Positions 34,196 through 43,641 of a DNA stretch of 64,000 nucleotides are shown piece by piece. The translations under genes and the position numbers were made by a program. Below the pieces are notes generated by a model that made no database searches, was not told where the DNA came from, and saw nothing but the letters and a program-made list of their open reading frames with translations. Numbering within the stretch: position 1 is the first letter of the stretch; each line of letters begins with the position of its first letter. Source of the DNA: an uncultured bacterium (lineage in GTDB: Bacteria > Actinomycetota > Acidimicrobiia > Spongiisociales > UBA5794). The stretch covers positions 256,001-320,000 of the forward strand of contig CAWDDT010000006.1 in the NCBI GenBank assembly GCA_963801165.1, read 5' to 3'.

Positions 34196-35914
34196 ATGAT
34201 CGGGCAGGAATCTCGTGATCTCGTTGCGCTCAACGCGGATGTGGTCGGCTACAGCGCCCTGGTCGCAGATGACCCCGCCGCTACGACCGCCACAATGACC
34301 GACTACCGCCAGCTGGTGGAGAACAGAACCAGCGAGAACGGCGGCACCCTGGCCAATTTCGTCGGCGACAACTTCATGGCCCTTTTCGAAGACGCCAAGG
34401 CCGCGTTGCGAGCAGCAATCGCCATCGCCGCCGCCGCCGAGCAGTACAACGCTGATCTCCCGGCCTCGCGCCGCGTTCGCTTCCGTATGGGCATGGATGT
34501 TGGCCCCGTCACCGGTATCGAAGGTGATTATCTCGGCGACGCTCTCAACATCGCAGCCCGTATCCAGGCCATCGCCCCGGCCGGCGGCCTGGCCGTTTCG
34601 GGCCGTGTCTACCACGCTCTCGACGAGCCTGCCCTGCGGTTCCGGCCGATGGGTAGGCAGCGGCTCAAGAACATACCGGAGCAGGTAGAGGTCTACCGGT
34701 TCGCCGACTTGCCCAGCGACGGTACCCAGCGTGTTGCCCACGGCTCACTGTCGCTCGAGATACCTACGCTCGCAATTCTCCCCATTCATGCCGAAACGGT
34801 CGATGAGACGGTACGGGGCACCGCAGCGATGATCCGTCTCGACCTCGTCCACCGGCTCTCCATGATCCCCGACCTGGAAGTGATCGACGCATTGGGTGAG
34901 CCCGGGAGCGGCCCCGATACGACCGCCCGGTATATGGTCGAAACCGGTGTCCACCAGTTCGGGCGCAACCTCCGGGTCTTCGCCATGCTCTTCGACGTGG
35001 ACACGATGAACATCGTCAAGTCACACAAGTGGATGACCACCGTCGACGATCTGTTCAACCTGTCAGAGAAGCTGGCCGAGGAAGTGGCTCAATCGGTGGA
35101 GGTCGAGCTGGTCGTCGGTGAACCGGCGCGGCTCTACGCCGAACTCGATGACCCCGCCGCCATCGAGAAGATCTACCTCGGCTGGTATCACCTGCGAAAC
35201 GACACGAAGGAGGGCTGGCAACGGGCGCTCGACATGTTTGCAGACGTCGCCCGCACCCACCCCGGCCACACATACGGGTCGGTTCTGTCGGCCTTCGCCT
35301 GGTGGCTAGGCGCGGTCAACGGCTGGGCCACGGACACGCAGGCTGCGCTCGACAAGGCGATGGCGCTCGCCAAACAGGGCGCGGCAGTGGGAGACCTGAC
35401 CGGCATGGCGCAGGCCGTAGAGGCAGCGGTGTTGATGGCGCGAGGTTCCGTCGACGAGGCCCTGGTGAAGCTCGACAACGCCGAGATCGTGCGCCCCACC
35501 TGCGACATCACCTACGGCCTCCAGGGCAGTCTGCGACGCTACCTGGGACAGTGGGAGCAGGCAGTCGAGCTGCTCGACGTCGCCATGCAGCTCACCGGGA
35601 TCAACAAGCCGTGGTACCCGACGGTCAAGGCGGCGTCGCTCTTTGTGGGCGGAAGGGTCGAAGAGGCCGCATCGCTGGCTCAGGGAGTCCTCGACTACCA
35701 ACCGAACAACCTGGAAGCACTGCTCGTGCTGGCCGCCGCCCAGGTCGAGCTGGGCATGGACCGCCGGGCGCGGGCGACGGCCGAGCTGATCAAAGAGCGG
35801 TTTCCCTCTGTCGACGTCGAGGACTGGCTGGACAAGACGCCGTATCACCGCCGTGATGTCGTAGAGCGGTGGAAGGTCGATATGACCTCGGCAGGGGCGA
35901 TCGTGGGCGCGTAA
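34196..35914 (+). CDS. Class III nucleotide cyclase with TolB-like and TPR regions
   Basis: ADVVGYS, FVGD, RFRMG, GDALNIAARIQ, RLKNI; helical TPR-like C-terminus. Confidence 0.85.
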   Translation: MIGQESRDLVALNADVVGYSALVADDPAATTATMTDYRQLVENRTSENGGTLANFVGDNFMALFEDAKAALRAAIAIAAAAEQYNADLPASRRVRFRMGMDVGPVTGIEGDYLGDALNIAARIQAIAPAGGLAVSGRVYHALDEPALRFRPMGRQRLKNIPEQVEVYRFADLPSDGTQRVAHGSLSLEIPTLAILPIHAETVDETVRGTAAMIRLDLVHRLSMIPDLEVIDALGEPGSGPDTTARYMVETGVHQFGRNLRVFAMLFDVDTMNIVKSHKWMTTVDDLFNLSEKLAEEVAQSVEVELVVGEPARLYAELDDPAAIEKIYLGWYHLRNDTKEGWQRALDMFADVARTHPGHTYGSVLSAFAWWLGAVNGWATDTQAALDKAMALAKQGAAVGDLTGMAQAVEAAVLMARGSVDEALVKLDNAEIVRPTCDITYGLQGSLRRYLGQWEQAVELLDVAMQLTGINKPWYPTVKAASLFVGGRVEEAASLAQGVLDYQPNNLEALLVLAAAQVELGMDRRARATAELIKERFPSVDVEDWLDKTPYHRRDVVERWKVDMTSAGAIVGA

Positions 35915-36111
35915 AGCCGGCCGTCGTTTCCCAGCGCGATTCCAAGACTCGCATCGTTCCTGCAGACCTCGCCCGTGCACTAGCACCGTCGCCGACCCCC
36001 TGACCGCGTGGTGATCGAAGCAGCCGTCGCCGCCTGGGAGCGGCTGCGTGACAGGCACGGTGACGAGGTCGTCGGCTGTAACGCGAGGCCGTTCCCCGGC
36101 ACCGACGGATA

Positions 36112-36151
36112 GGCGAACCGGCGATCGGCGAACCGGCGATCGGCGAACCGG
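36112..36151. repeat. 15-bp tandem repeat (about 2.7 copies)
   Basis: GGCGAACCGGCGATC x2 plus GGCGAACCGG, between convergent genes. Confidence 0.85.
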
Positions 36152-36169
36152 TCCAGGCGGCGGCGTCGC

Positions 36170-36841
36170 TCAGTCCGGGCGCGCCGGCGTCGCCACCACC
36201 ACCTCCGAGGGGACACCCCAGGCGGTGACGACCCGACGATGCAGTATGCGCCACGTCTGGCCGGGTTCGAGGCTGGTGGGCCGGCAACCACCGACCACCC
36301 TGGGAGCCCGGGCCCACAACCATTGCCAGCCCCGGCTCACCGCCTTGCTGATCGGCGTCGTGCCCGGGGTCAAGCCGACGGTGCACAGCTTTCCGCCCGT
36401 GGCAAGCAGCCGCGACGCCTCGCTGAGGATCCCGGCGGTAAATTCGGCATCAAGCAGGTCAAACACGTAGACGGCGACAAACCGATCGAAACCCCCATCC
36501 TCTCCCGGCAGGGGAAGGCTCCCGTCCACCCGGTGAACATCGGCTCGCTCGACCCAGGGCGCCAACCGCCCCGAAGCCAGCCGCACCATCGTGTCACTGA
36601 CGTCGAGCCCGAGATATGTCGCAGCAGGAGCGAGATGGTCATCGAGTAGTTCCCGGGCGAAGGCACCCGTACCGCAACCAAGCTCAAAGACGCGCCGGGC
36701 GGAGTCGAACTCGCCATGCTCGATGAGGTCTTTGACGGGCGGCGCCTCGTAGAACCGCTGCCAGTCCTGCATCCGACCGATGCGGTTGTAAACGCCTCGC
36801 GCTTGCTGTGGGGTGAGGGCACCGCCTTCGCCGGTAGCCAT
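36170..36841 (-). CDS. Class I SAM-dependent methyltransferase
   Basis: VFELGCGTG, GLDVSDTM, FDRFVAVYVFDL, LATGG. Confidence 0.9.
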   Translation of the reverse strand: MATGEGGALTPQQARGVYNRIGRMQDWQRFYEAPPVKDLIEHGEFDSARRVFELGCGTGAFARELLDDHLAPAATYLGLDVSDTMVRLASGRLAPWVERADVHRVDGSLPLPGEDGGFDRFVAVYVFDLLDAEFTAGILSEASRLLATGGKLCTVGLTPGTTPISKAVSRGWQWLWARAPRVVGGCRPTSLEPGQTWRILHRRVVTAWGVPSEVVVATPARPD

Positions 36842-37041
36842 AGGCTTCCGATACTACGTGCGATCGCTCCGGTGTTCGTCGTCGCAGAGCCGCGAGGATC
36901 GGCTTGATATGTCGACCAGGGTTCTGGCGCCCCGCGCCGCCGTCCACGCGTTCCACGACAGCCGCCAACGCTGATGCGTAGGCTGTGATCGGCCCCGCCG
37001 ACGATTCCTCGAGCGGGTTGGGAGAGACGAAAGGAACCCAC

Positions 37042-37833
37042 GTGAAGGATCTCAACACTCGCGTCTCGGCCAAATGGCTGCGACGTCTTGTTCTTTCGAC
37101 GGTGATCGCCATGATCATGGTGCCGACTGCCGTCATCGCTTCTGGTGGCGCATTTGTCGACGACGACACAAATATCTTCGAGAACGACATCAACTGGATG
37201 GCCTCCTCTGGTGTGACCCTCGGTTGCGACGCAGCCAACAATCTGTACTGCCCCAATGACAACGTCACACGCGGCCAGATGGCCGCCTTCATGCATCGGT
37301 TGGCAAAGTACCTTGGCGCCGAGGACGGCACACCGGCACAAGCCGACAACGCAACCCACGCAGACGACGCAACTCACGCAGACAACGCAGACGCCCTCGG
37401 TGGCGTGGCCGCCGTTGACGTGTTGCCGGGCGGTACGCTCCCTGCGGGCTCCGTCCTACGAGGCACGCTCAACGTCGGGGGCACCGCAGCCAACCCTAAC
37501 GATCTGGCGACCGCGGACATCTCATACGGGTTCGACATGGGATCGCCGCTCAGCGTCGTGGTCATCGACGCGGGTGGTACTCCCCCGGACACATGCCCCG
37601 GAACGGCAAACGATCCTGCGGCCGATCCCGGGTACATTTGTATCTTCTCGACCGTGGACGCGAACACAACGCTGGGCGGCGACAACGACTCGTTCTCCTT
37701 CGGCGTGACGGTGTACACCCGATCTGATGCTGCGGGCGACTTCTACACGATCGCAAACTGGGCAGCAACCGCACCCGGGCCGGCGCCGGCAGCCGCGACG
37801 CCGCACCAATCCACGTCGGCCAACGGGTCATAG
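37042..37833 (+). CDS. Secreted SLH-like domain protein
   Basis: Signal peptide; FVDD..FENDINWMASSGVTLGC..YCPNDNVTRGQMAAF; ADNATH repeats; AAGGA RBS before GTG. Confidence 0.75.
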   Translation: MKDLNTRVSAKWLRRLVLSTVIAMIMVPTAVIASGGAFVDDDTNIFENDINWMASSGVTLGCDAANNLYCPNDNVTRGQMAAFMHRLAKYLGAEDGTPAQADNATHADDATHADNADALGGVAAVDVLPGGTLPAGSVLRGTLNVGGTAANPNDLATADISYGFDMGSPLSVVVIDAGGTPPDTCPGTANDPAADPGYICIFSTVDANTTLGGDNDSFSFGVTVYTRSDAAGDFYTIANWAATAPGPAPAAATPHQSTSANGS

Positions 37834-37876
37834 CCCGACCTGAGGCCGAGCGCCGCCAGCGGGCGTCGATCATTGC

Positions 37877-37914
37877 CAGCAGCGGGGGTCGTCACGAGAC
37901 GACCCCCGCTGCTG
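37877..37914 (+). terminator. Strong hairpin, probable terminator
   Basis: CAGCAGCGGGGGTCGTC-ACGA-GACGACCCCCGCTGCTG perfect 17-bp stem. Confidence 0.75.
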
Positions 37915-38170
37915 CGGTTACGGCCTCTGCACCTGGTACACACCTAAGGTCGCGCATCCAACCCCGCAATGGCCGGGAGATTCACTGAGCCGTCATTCGA
38001 CGTTCGAAAGCCGTCAATTTCCAGCGCCCCGTAGTGCCGCGACCGTCGCTAGGGTTGGTTGCGGTCTGAAACGCTGAAGGGGTTAGACGCAGTGGGGAAA
38101 TGCGACTTTGGGTGGACCGAGACTCGATCCGTCATCCTCGTTGCTACGCACGTCCTCTGAAGGAGGCAAT

Positions 38171-41100
38171 GTGAAACGAAAGCTATGGACCGTGCTCGCG
38201 GTCTTCGCAATGGTGGCTGCGCTGCTGCCATTGAGTGCCATAGCGGCGGTAGCCGCCCCGGGCACTTCGGTATTTATCAATGAGATCCATTACGACAACA
38301 CGGGGTCCGATTCCGGTGAGGCGGTTGAGGTCGCCGGTCCGGCGGGAACCGATCTGACCGGGTGGAGCATCGTGCTCTACAACGGGAACGGCGGCGCCTC
38401 CTACAACACGACCGCGCTTTCGGGCACACTGGCAGATGACTCCAACGGCTACGGGTTTGTGGTTCTGGACTACCCGTCGAACGGCATCCAGAACGGTGCA
38501 CCCGATGGGTTGGCACTGGTCGACGCCTCCAACAATGTGGTCCAATTCCTCTCCTACGAGGGAACCTTTGCTGCCGTGGGCGGCGCTGCCGACGGGATGA
38601 CCAGCACCGACATTGGTGTGTCGGAAGGTGGATCCGATCCAGCGGGCGAGTCACTGCAGCTGACCGGAACCGGATCGGCCTATGAAGACTTCACCTGGGC
38701 AGGATCGGCGACGAGCACTTTCGGTGCCGTGAACACCGGCCAAACCCTCGTGACCGCTACCTCTTCACCGTTCATCAATGAGATCCATTACGACAACACG
38801 TCTACCGATACCGGTGAGGCGATTGAGGTCGCCGGTCCGGCGGGAACCGACCTGACCGGGTGGAGCATCCTGCTCTACAACGGAAACGGCGGCGCCGTCT
38901 ACGACACCATCGCTCTGTCCGGAACCATCCCCGACCAGGACTCAGGATATGGAACTCTCTCGTTCCCCCGGGCGGGCATCCAGAACGGCTCACCCGATGG
39001 GCTCGCTCTGGTTGATGCATCCAACGGCGTTGTGCAGTTCCTCAGCTATGAGGGCAGCTTCATCGCTGTTGGCGGCGCTGCCGACGGGATGACCAGCACC
39101 GACATCGGGGTTGAGGAAGCCTCGAGCTCTGCGGTTGGCGACTCGCTCCAGCTGACCGGTTCGGGAACGGCCTACGAGGACTTCACCTGGGCAGCATCAC
39201 AGCCCAACACGTTCGGTGCCGTCAACACCGGCCAGAGCTTCGGGATCGTGCTCAACGCTCCCGTTGTTGTCGACTGTGGTGACACGCTCTTCTCGACGGA
39301 GGGCTTCGAGGCAACGAGGACGATCGAAGCATCCGATGCCGACGGCACGGTTGTCGACATCGCGATCACTTCTTCCCCCGTCGCAGGCATCACCCTCGGC
39401 GATCTGGTGCCGGCGAGCGGCGTCGGAGAGACGGCATCGGCCGTCGTGACAGTTGACGCCACCACGGCACCTGGTTCCTACGGTGTCGAGCTGACCGCGA
39501 CCAACGACGACGCCGAACCACAGACTGCGACGTGCACGTTGGACGTCACGGTCGACCCTATTCTGTCCATCGGTACGGTCCAGGGCTCGGTGAGCGACAC
39601 CGACAACGGGGCAACGTTCGACTCGACGTACGTCGGTGACTACGTGACCATCCAGGCCGTCGTCACCCAGCAGGTCCTGAGTCGCACGAGCTCGGGAGAC
39701 AACAGCTACGGCTACTTCCTGCAGAACACCGCAGCGACGGCAGACGGCGACCCGAATTCGTCGGACGGCATCTTCCTGTATACGGGATCCTTCGACGATA
39801 TCTACGTCGGGCCCGGTTACTACACCCCGCAGGTCGGCGACGAGCTCATCATCCGGGCCAAGGTGAGCGAGTACTTCCACCTGACCGAGCTGTCGAGCGC
39901 AAGCCTCGTGTCAATCGTCAGGACCGGTGTCGACGTCGATGCGGAGACGCCCGCGTTCGTGACGAATCCGCCCGCCGACCTCGATGACGCCAACCGATAT
40001 TGGGAGCGCCATGAGGGCATGCGTGCGGAGATCCCCTCCGGGAGCTTTGCACTCGGTGGACGTGACGTGTTCGCTAGCACGGCCGATGGTGAGGTGTGGG
40101 TGGCAACACCCGACAGCCCCATCGCGTCGCTCAGCGGCTATGCCCGCAGGGCGTTCCGCGACGAGCGCAACCTGGCCTCCGGGGTGGCCCCCGGCAACGG
40201 CTACCGCATCGTGATGGGCAGCCTGGGCATCAAGGCCACCGCGGGTGACAACACGGCGCTGATCGCACCGGTGCGGACCTACGACACGCTTACGGCACCC
40301 GCCGTCGGCGGTGTGTACTTCTCGTTTGCGAAGTACCAGATCCAGGTGGGTTCGCAACTCGAGCTCGATGCGGGTCTCAACCCGGCGAACGACTACCCGC
40401 CTCGGACACCCAACGTGGAGGGGCAGTACAGCCTCACCACATTCAACATGGAGAACCTGTACGACTATCGGAACGACCCGTTCGACGGGTGTGACTTCAC
40501 AACCGACACCGGTTGCCCGGGCGTCACCCCGCCGTTCGACTACGTGCCGGCAAGCGATGCGGCCTACCAGACGCGTCTCGGTGAGATCGCCTCGCAGGTG
40601 ATCAACAGCCTCCATGCCCCCGACGTGGTGTATGCGCAGGAGCTCGAGGATCAGGACATCTGCTCGGTCGACGTGTCGTGGACGCTCGTCTGCGGCGCCA
40701 CCAACAACGCCGACGGCAAGCCCGACACGCTCCAGGAGCTGACGACCAAGATCTATGCCCAGAGCGGCATCATGTACGACACGGCGTACGACCGTGACGG
40801 GGCTGATGACCGCGGCATCGTCAACGGCTACATGTTCCGGACCGATCGAGTCGAGCTGCTGCCGGCCGATGCGAGCGATCCCGTGCTCGGGTCCGACCCG
40901 CAGGTCGTCTACCGATCCGACGGGCTGGGCTTCAACACGGACGTGCAGAACCCGAAGTCGCTGAATGCGGATCTTCCGGGCGATGTCGACACGTCGACCG
41001 GCACCGATGGTGACCTGGTCTTCACCAGGGCTCCCCTTGTCGGGCACTTCCGGATCTGGCAGGAGGCCGTCGGGCTCGGGGCGTACACCGACGCCTATCT

Positions 41101-41782
41101 CATCGACAACCACTTCAGCAGCAGCCCGGACGCCCGAGTCGGTCAGCGGACCGAGCAGGCGAACTACAACGCCGCGATCGTCGCAGCCCTGCAGGACGCA
41201 AATCCGGGGGTGCGAGTGGTGGTCGGTGGTGACCTGAACGTCTATCCCGACAGCGACCAGCTCGCCGGGTTGTACGCCCAGGGCATGAGCAACCTGTATT
41301 ACACGCTGCTGGCAGCGAACCCCATCGCCGCCTACAGCTACGTGTACCAGGGACAGGCGCAGACGCTGGACCAGTTGTTCGTTACTCCGTCGGTGCTCTC
41401 GGATCTTTTCGAGATGAGGGCAGCGCACATCAACAGCGACTGGCCATCCGATTACGTGGGTGACGGCGCTCACGGTACGAGCGACCATGACCCACAGGTC
41501 GCCCGGTTTGCATTCAGCGAGAACGTCAGTCTCGACACGCTCGCGGCATTGGTGCAGTACTACGCCGACAACGGGATGATCACCGGCAACCAGACGGAGA
41601 CCATCCTGCTCAACAGGCTGGAAAAGGCACGCAGGTTCCTGCAACGGCACCAGATCAGCGCGTACAAGGCGCAGCTACATGCCTTGATAAACCAGGTGCA
41701 GGGCTTCTCGCCGCAGTTCATCGACCCGCACGCGGCCGATGTGCTGTCCTACGACGCGCACCTGCTGCTGGCGATGGCGTAG
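38171..41782 (+). CDS. Large secreted nuclease (2 lamin-tail domains, OB fold, EEP nuclease domain; ExeM/NucH-like)
   Basis: Two FINEIHYDN..EVAGPAG domains, GYFLQ..SSDGIF, TFNMEN, QELE, GDLN, TLDQ, SDHDP; GGAGG RBS before GTG. Confidence 0.9.
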   Translation: MKRKLWTVLAVFAMVAALLPLSAIAAVAAPGTSVFINEIHYDNTGSDSGEAVEVAGPAGTDLTGWSIVLYNGNGGASYNTTALSGTLADDSNGYGFVVLDYPSNGIQNGAPDGLALVDASNNVVQFLSYEGTFAAVGGAADGMTSTDIGVSEGGSDPAGESLQLTGTGSAYEDFTWAGSATSTFGAVNTGQTLVTATSSPFINEIHYDNTSTDTGEAIEVAGPAGTDLTGWSILLYNGNGGAVYDTIALSGTIPDQDSGYGTLSFPRAGIQNGSPDGLALVDASNGVVQFLSYEGSFIAVGGAADGMTSTDIGVEEASSSAVGDSLQLTGSGTAYEDFTWAASQPNTFGAVNTGQSFGIVLNAPVVVDCGDTLFSTEGFEATRTIEASDADGTVVDIAITSSPVAGITLGDLVPASGVGETASAVVTVDATTAPGSYGVELTATNDDAEPQTATCTLDVTVDPILSIGTVQGSVSDTDNGATFDSTYVGDYVTIQAVVTQQVLSRTSSGDNSYGYFLQNTAATADGDPNSSDGIFLYTGSFDDIYVGPGYYTPQVGDELIIRAKVSEYFHLTELSSASLVSIVRTGVDVDAETPAFVTNPPADLDDANRYWERHEGMRAEIPSGSFALGGRDVFASTADGEVWVATPDSPIASLSGYARRAFRDERNLASGVAPGNGYRIVMGSLGIKATAGDNTALIAPVRTYDTLTAPAVGGVYFSFAKYQIQVGSQLELDAGLNPANDYPPRTPNVEGQYSLTTFNMENLYDYRNDPFDGCDFTTDTGCPGVTPPFDYVPASDAAYQTRLGEIASQVINSLHAPDVVYAQELEDQDICSVDVSWTLVCGATNNADGKPDTLQELTTKIYAQSGIMYDTAYDRDGADDRGIVNGYMFRTDRVELLPADASDPVLGSDPQVVYRSDGLGFNTDVQNPKSLNADLPGDVDTSTGTDGDLVFTRAPLVGHFRIWQEAVGLGAYTDAYLIDNHFSSSPDARVGQRTEQANYNAAIVAALQDANPGVRVVVGGDLNVYPDSDQLAGLYAQGMSNLYYTLLAANPIAAYSYVYQGQAQTLDQLFVTPSVLSDLFEMRAAHINSDWPSDYVGDGAHGTSDHDPQVARFAFSENVSLDTLAALVQYYADNGMITGNQTETILLNRLEKARRFLQRHQISAYKAQLHALINQVQGFSPQFIDPHAADVLSYDAHLLLAMA

Positions 41783-41806
41783 GCTGCCACGCTCCAACTG
41801 GACGAA

Positions 41807-41839
41807 ACAGGGACGGGCTCTGGAAGAGCCCGTCCCTGT
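41807..41839. terminator. Hairpin between convergent genes
   Basis: ACAGGGACGGGCTC-TGGAA-GAGCCCGTCCCTGT perfect 14-bp stem. Confidence 0.75.
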
Positions 41840-41907
41840 CGTTGGTTGCCCGACAACTGCCCACAACGCTTCGCCCCGCTGTGACGCGTTTGCCTACCGA
41901 CCGATGC

Positions 41908-42876
41908 TCAATCTCCCCGGCGGGCTCGGATCTCGGCCGAAAGGGCCGGCACCACCTCGTGCAGGTCGCCGATCACCGCGAAGTCGGCCTTCGTGACCAT
42001 GTTCGCCTCGGCGTCCGTGTTGATGGCAAGAATCGCCTTTGACCCCATCGCCCCGACCCAGTGCTGAATCGCACCCGAGATGCCGCATGCGATGTAGAGC
42101 CTGGGGGCGATCCTCGTTCCGGTCTGGCCGACCTGGTCCGAATGGGGACGCCAACCGTTGTTGGTAGCCACCCGGGAGCAGCCCACCACGCCACCCAGCA
42201 GACCGGCCAGTTCCTCGAGAGAGGCGAAGCCATCTTCCGACCCGACCCCGCGACCACCGCCAACGACGACAGGTGCGGTGGCGAGGGTCATTCCCTCCGT
42301 AAGCACAACCCGGTCGACGACGCGGGTAACAGCGTGCGTGTCATCGAGCTCCGGGGTAAACGTGCGGACATCGCCGGGGACCGGAGACGGCTCCGGGTCG
42401 ACTCCGGGAGGGGCGTATGTAATCAGCTTCACGCCCGCAGTCAGCTCGGCCCGCTCGAGCAACGAGCCACCCCAGCGCAGCCGAGTGAAGCGCCATGGCT
42501 CGCCGGGGGCGACCGCGGTGACGTTGACCACCAAGGGCTCTCCCATCCGGGCCGCCGCCTGTGCCAGCGTCTCGTTGCCCCGATCGGTACCGGCCGCGGC
42601 GACGACGGCGGCCCCGGTCGCAGCCACCACCTGAACGACGGTCTCCGCCCACGAGTCCGGGCCGTAATCCGAGAGAACCGGGTGTTCGGCAACGTGGACC
42701 ACGCCAGCCCCATAGGTCGCGGCCTCGCCGGCAATTCCGGCTCCGGCGGCGCCGATCACCAGCGCCTCCAGCCCGATGCCGAGCGAGGATGCCAGCTCGC
42801 GCCCGGCCGTCAGAGCCCCCCAGCTGGCAGGAGCGGCTTCGCCCCGATCGTGATCTATGAGCACGAGGACCGACAT
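41908..42876 (-). CDS. etfA: Electron transfer flavoprotein alpha subunit
   Basis: VVGGGRG, QVGQTG, YIACGISGAIQHWVG, AINTD. Confidence 0.95.
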   Translation of the reverse strand: MSVLVLIDHDRGEAAPASWGALTAGRELASSLGIGLEALVIGAAGAGIAGEAATYGAGVVHVAEHPVLSDYGPDSWAETVVQVVAATGAAVVAAAGTDRGNETLAQAAARMGEPLVVNVTAVAPGEPWRFTRLRWGGSLLERAELTAGVKLITYAPPGVDPEPSPVPGDVRTFTPELDDTHAVTRVVDRVVLTEGMTLATAPVVVGGGRGVGSEDGFASLEELAGLLGGVVGCSRVATNNGWRPHSDQVGQTGTRIAPRLYIACGISGAIQHWVGAMGSKAILAINTDAEANMVTKADFAVIGDLHEVVPALSAEIRARRGD

Positions 42877-43640
42877 CAGACGACCCCCAGTTCCTCGAGC
42901 ACATCGACCACTCTTGACGCGGCGGAGGCCCCCTCCCCCAGCATCACCGTCTCCGACATCTGTTCGACGGGGGAGGACAACTCCACCATCCGTTGCGGGC
43001 CGGCCGGCGCAGTCCCTTCCGACTTCTCGACCTGGGCCTTCCTCGATGCCAACCGACCCTTCAACGTCGGGTAGGACGGAATGTTGATGCCCTCGCGAAC
43101 CCCCACCACCGCGGGCAGGGGCAGCCGGTACACCTCGAACCCGGCATCAACCCCGCGCCGGACCACGGCCGTCCCGCCGTCGATCTCGATCCCCTTGGCG
43201 CCGTTGACCATGGGACGACCCAGGGCGTGAGATACACGAATCCCAACCTGATACCCACCCGAGTCGGCCGACTCGTTCCCGAACAGGATCAAATCGAATG
43301 GTCCGGCACCGTCCTCGGCGGCGTGGATCGCCTCGACGATCGAGACGGCGGTGCGCATCGGATCCCAGTCGGAGCTGTCGGTGGTGACCAGAATCGCCGA
43401 CCCTATCCCGACACTGACCGCATAGCGAAGCTGTTCTTCGGCTTCGGGGGGACCGACGGTGAGGACGGTCGAGTCACCGCCGTGGTCGGTGGCCAACTTG
43501 ACCGCTTCCGCCACTGCACATTCTTCGTGCGGGCTCATGGTGAATCCTAGATGCTCGGTGTCGATTGCCTGCCCGTCGGGGCGGAGGACGATCCGGGCCC
43601 CGGGCGCGGGCACTCGCTTGATGCAGACCAGGATGCGCAC
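42876..43640 (-). CDS. etfB: Electron transfer flavoprotein beta subunit
   Basis: VCIKRVP, DLILFGNESAD..QVG, INIPSYP. Confidence 0.93.
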   Translation of the reverse strand: MRILVCIKRVPAPGARIVLRPDGQAIDTEHLGFTMSPHEECAVAEAVKLATDHGGDSTVLTVGPPEAEEQLRYAVSVGIGSAILVTTDSSDWDPMRTAVSIVEAIHAAEDGAGPFDLILFGNESADSGGYQVGIRVSHALGRPMVNGAKGIEIDGGTAVVRRGVDAGFEVYRLPLPAVVGVREGINIPSYPTLKGRLASRKAQVEKSEGTAPAGPQRMVELSSPVEQMSETVMLGEGASAASRVVDVLEELGVV

Positions 43641-43641
43641 G

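Noticed and set aside
39911-41650. 579-aa antisense ORF (similar ones at 25258-26916, 11782-12963, 33217-34218, 51290-52774)
   Set aside because: Shadow ORFs opposite well-supported genes, expected in high-GC DNA; no recognisable motifs
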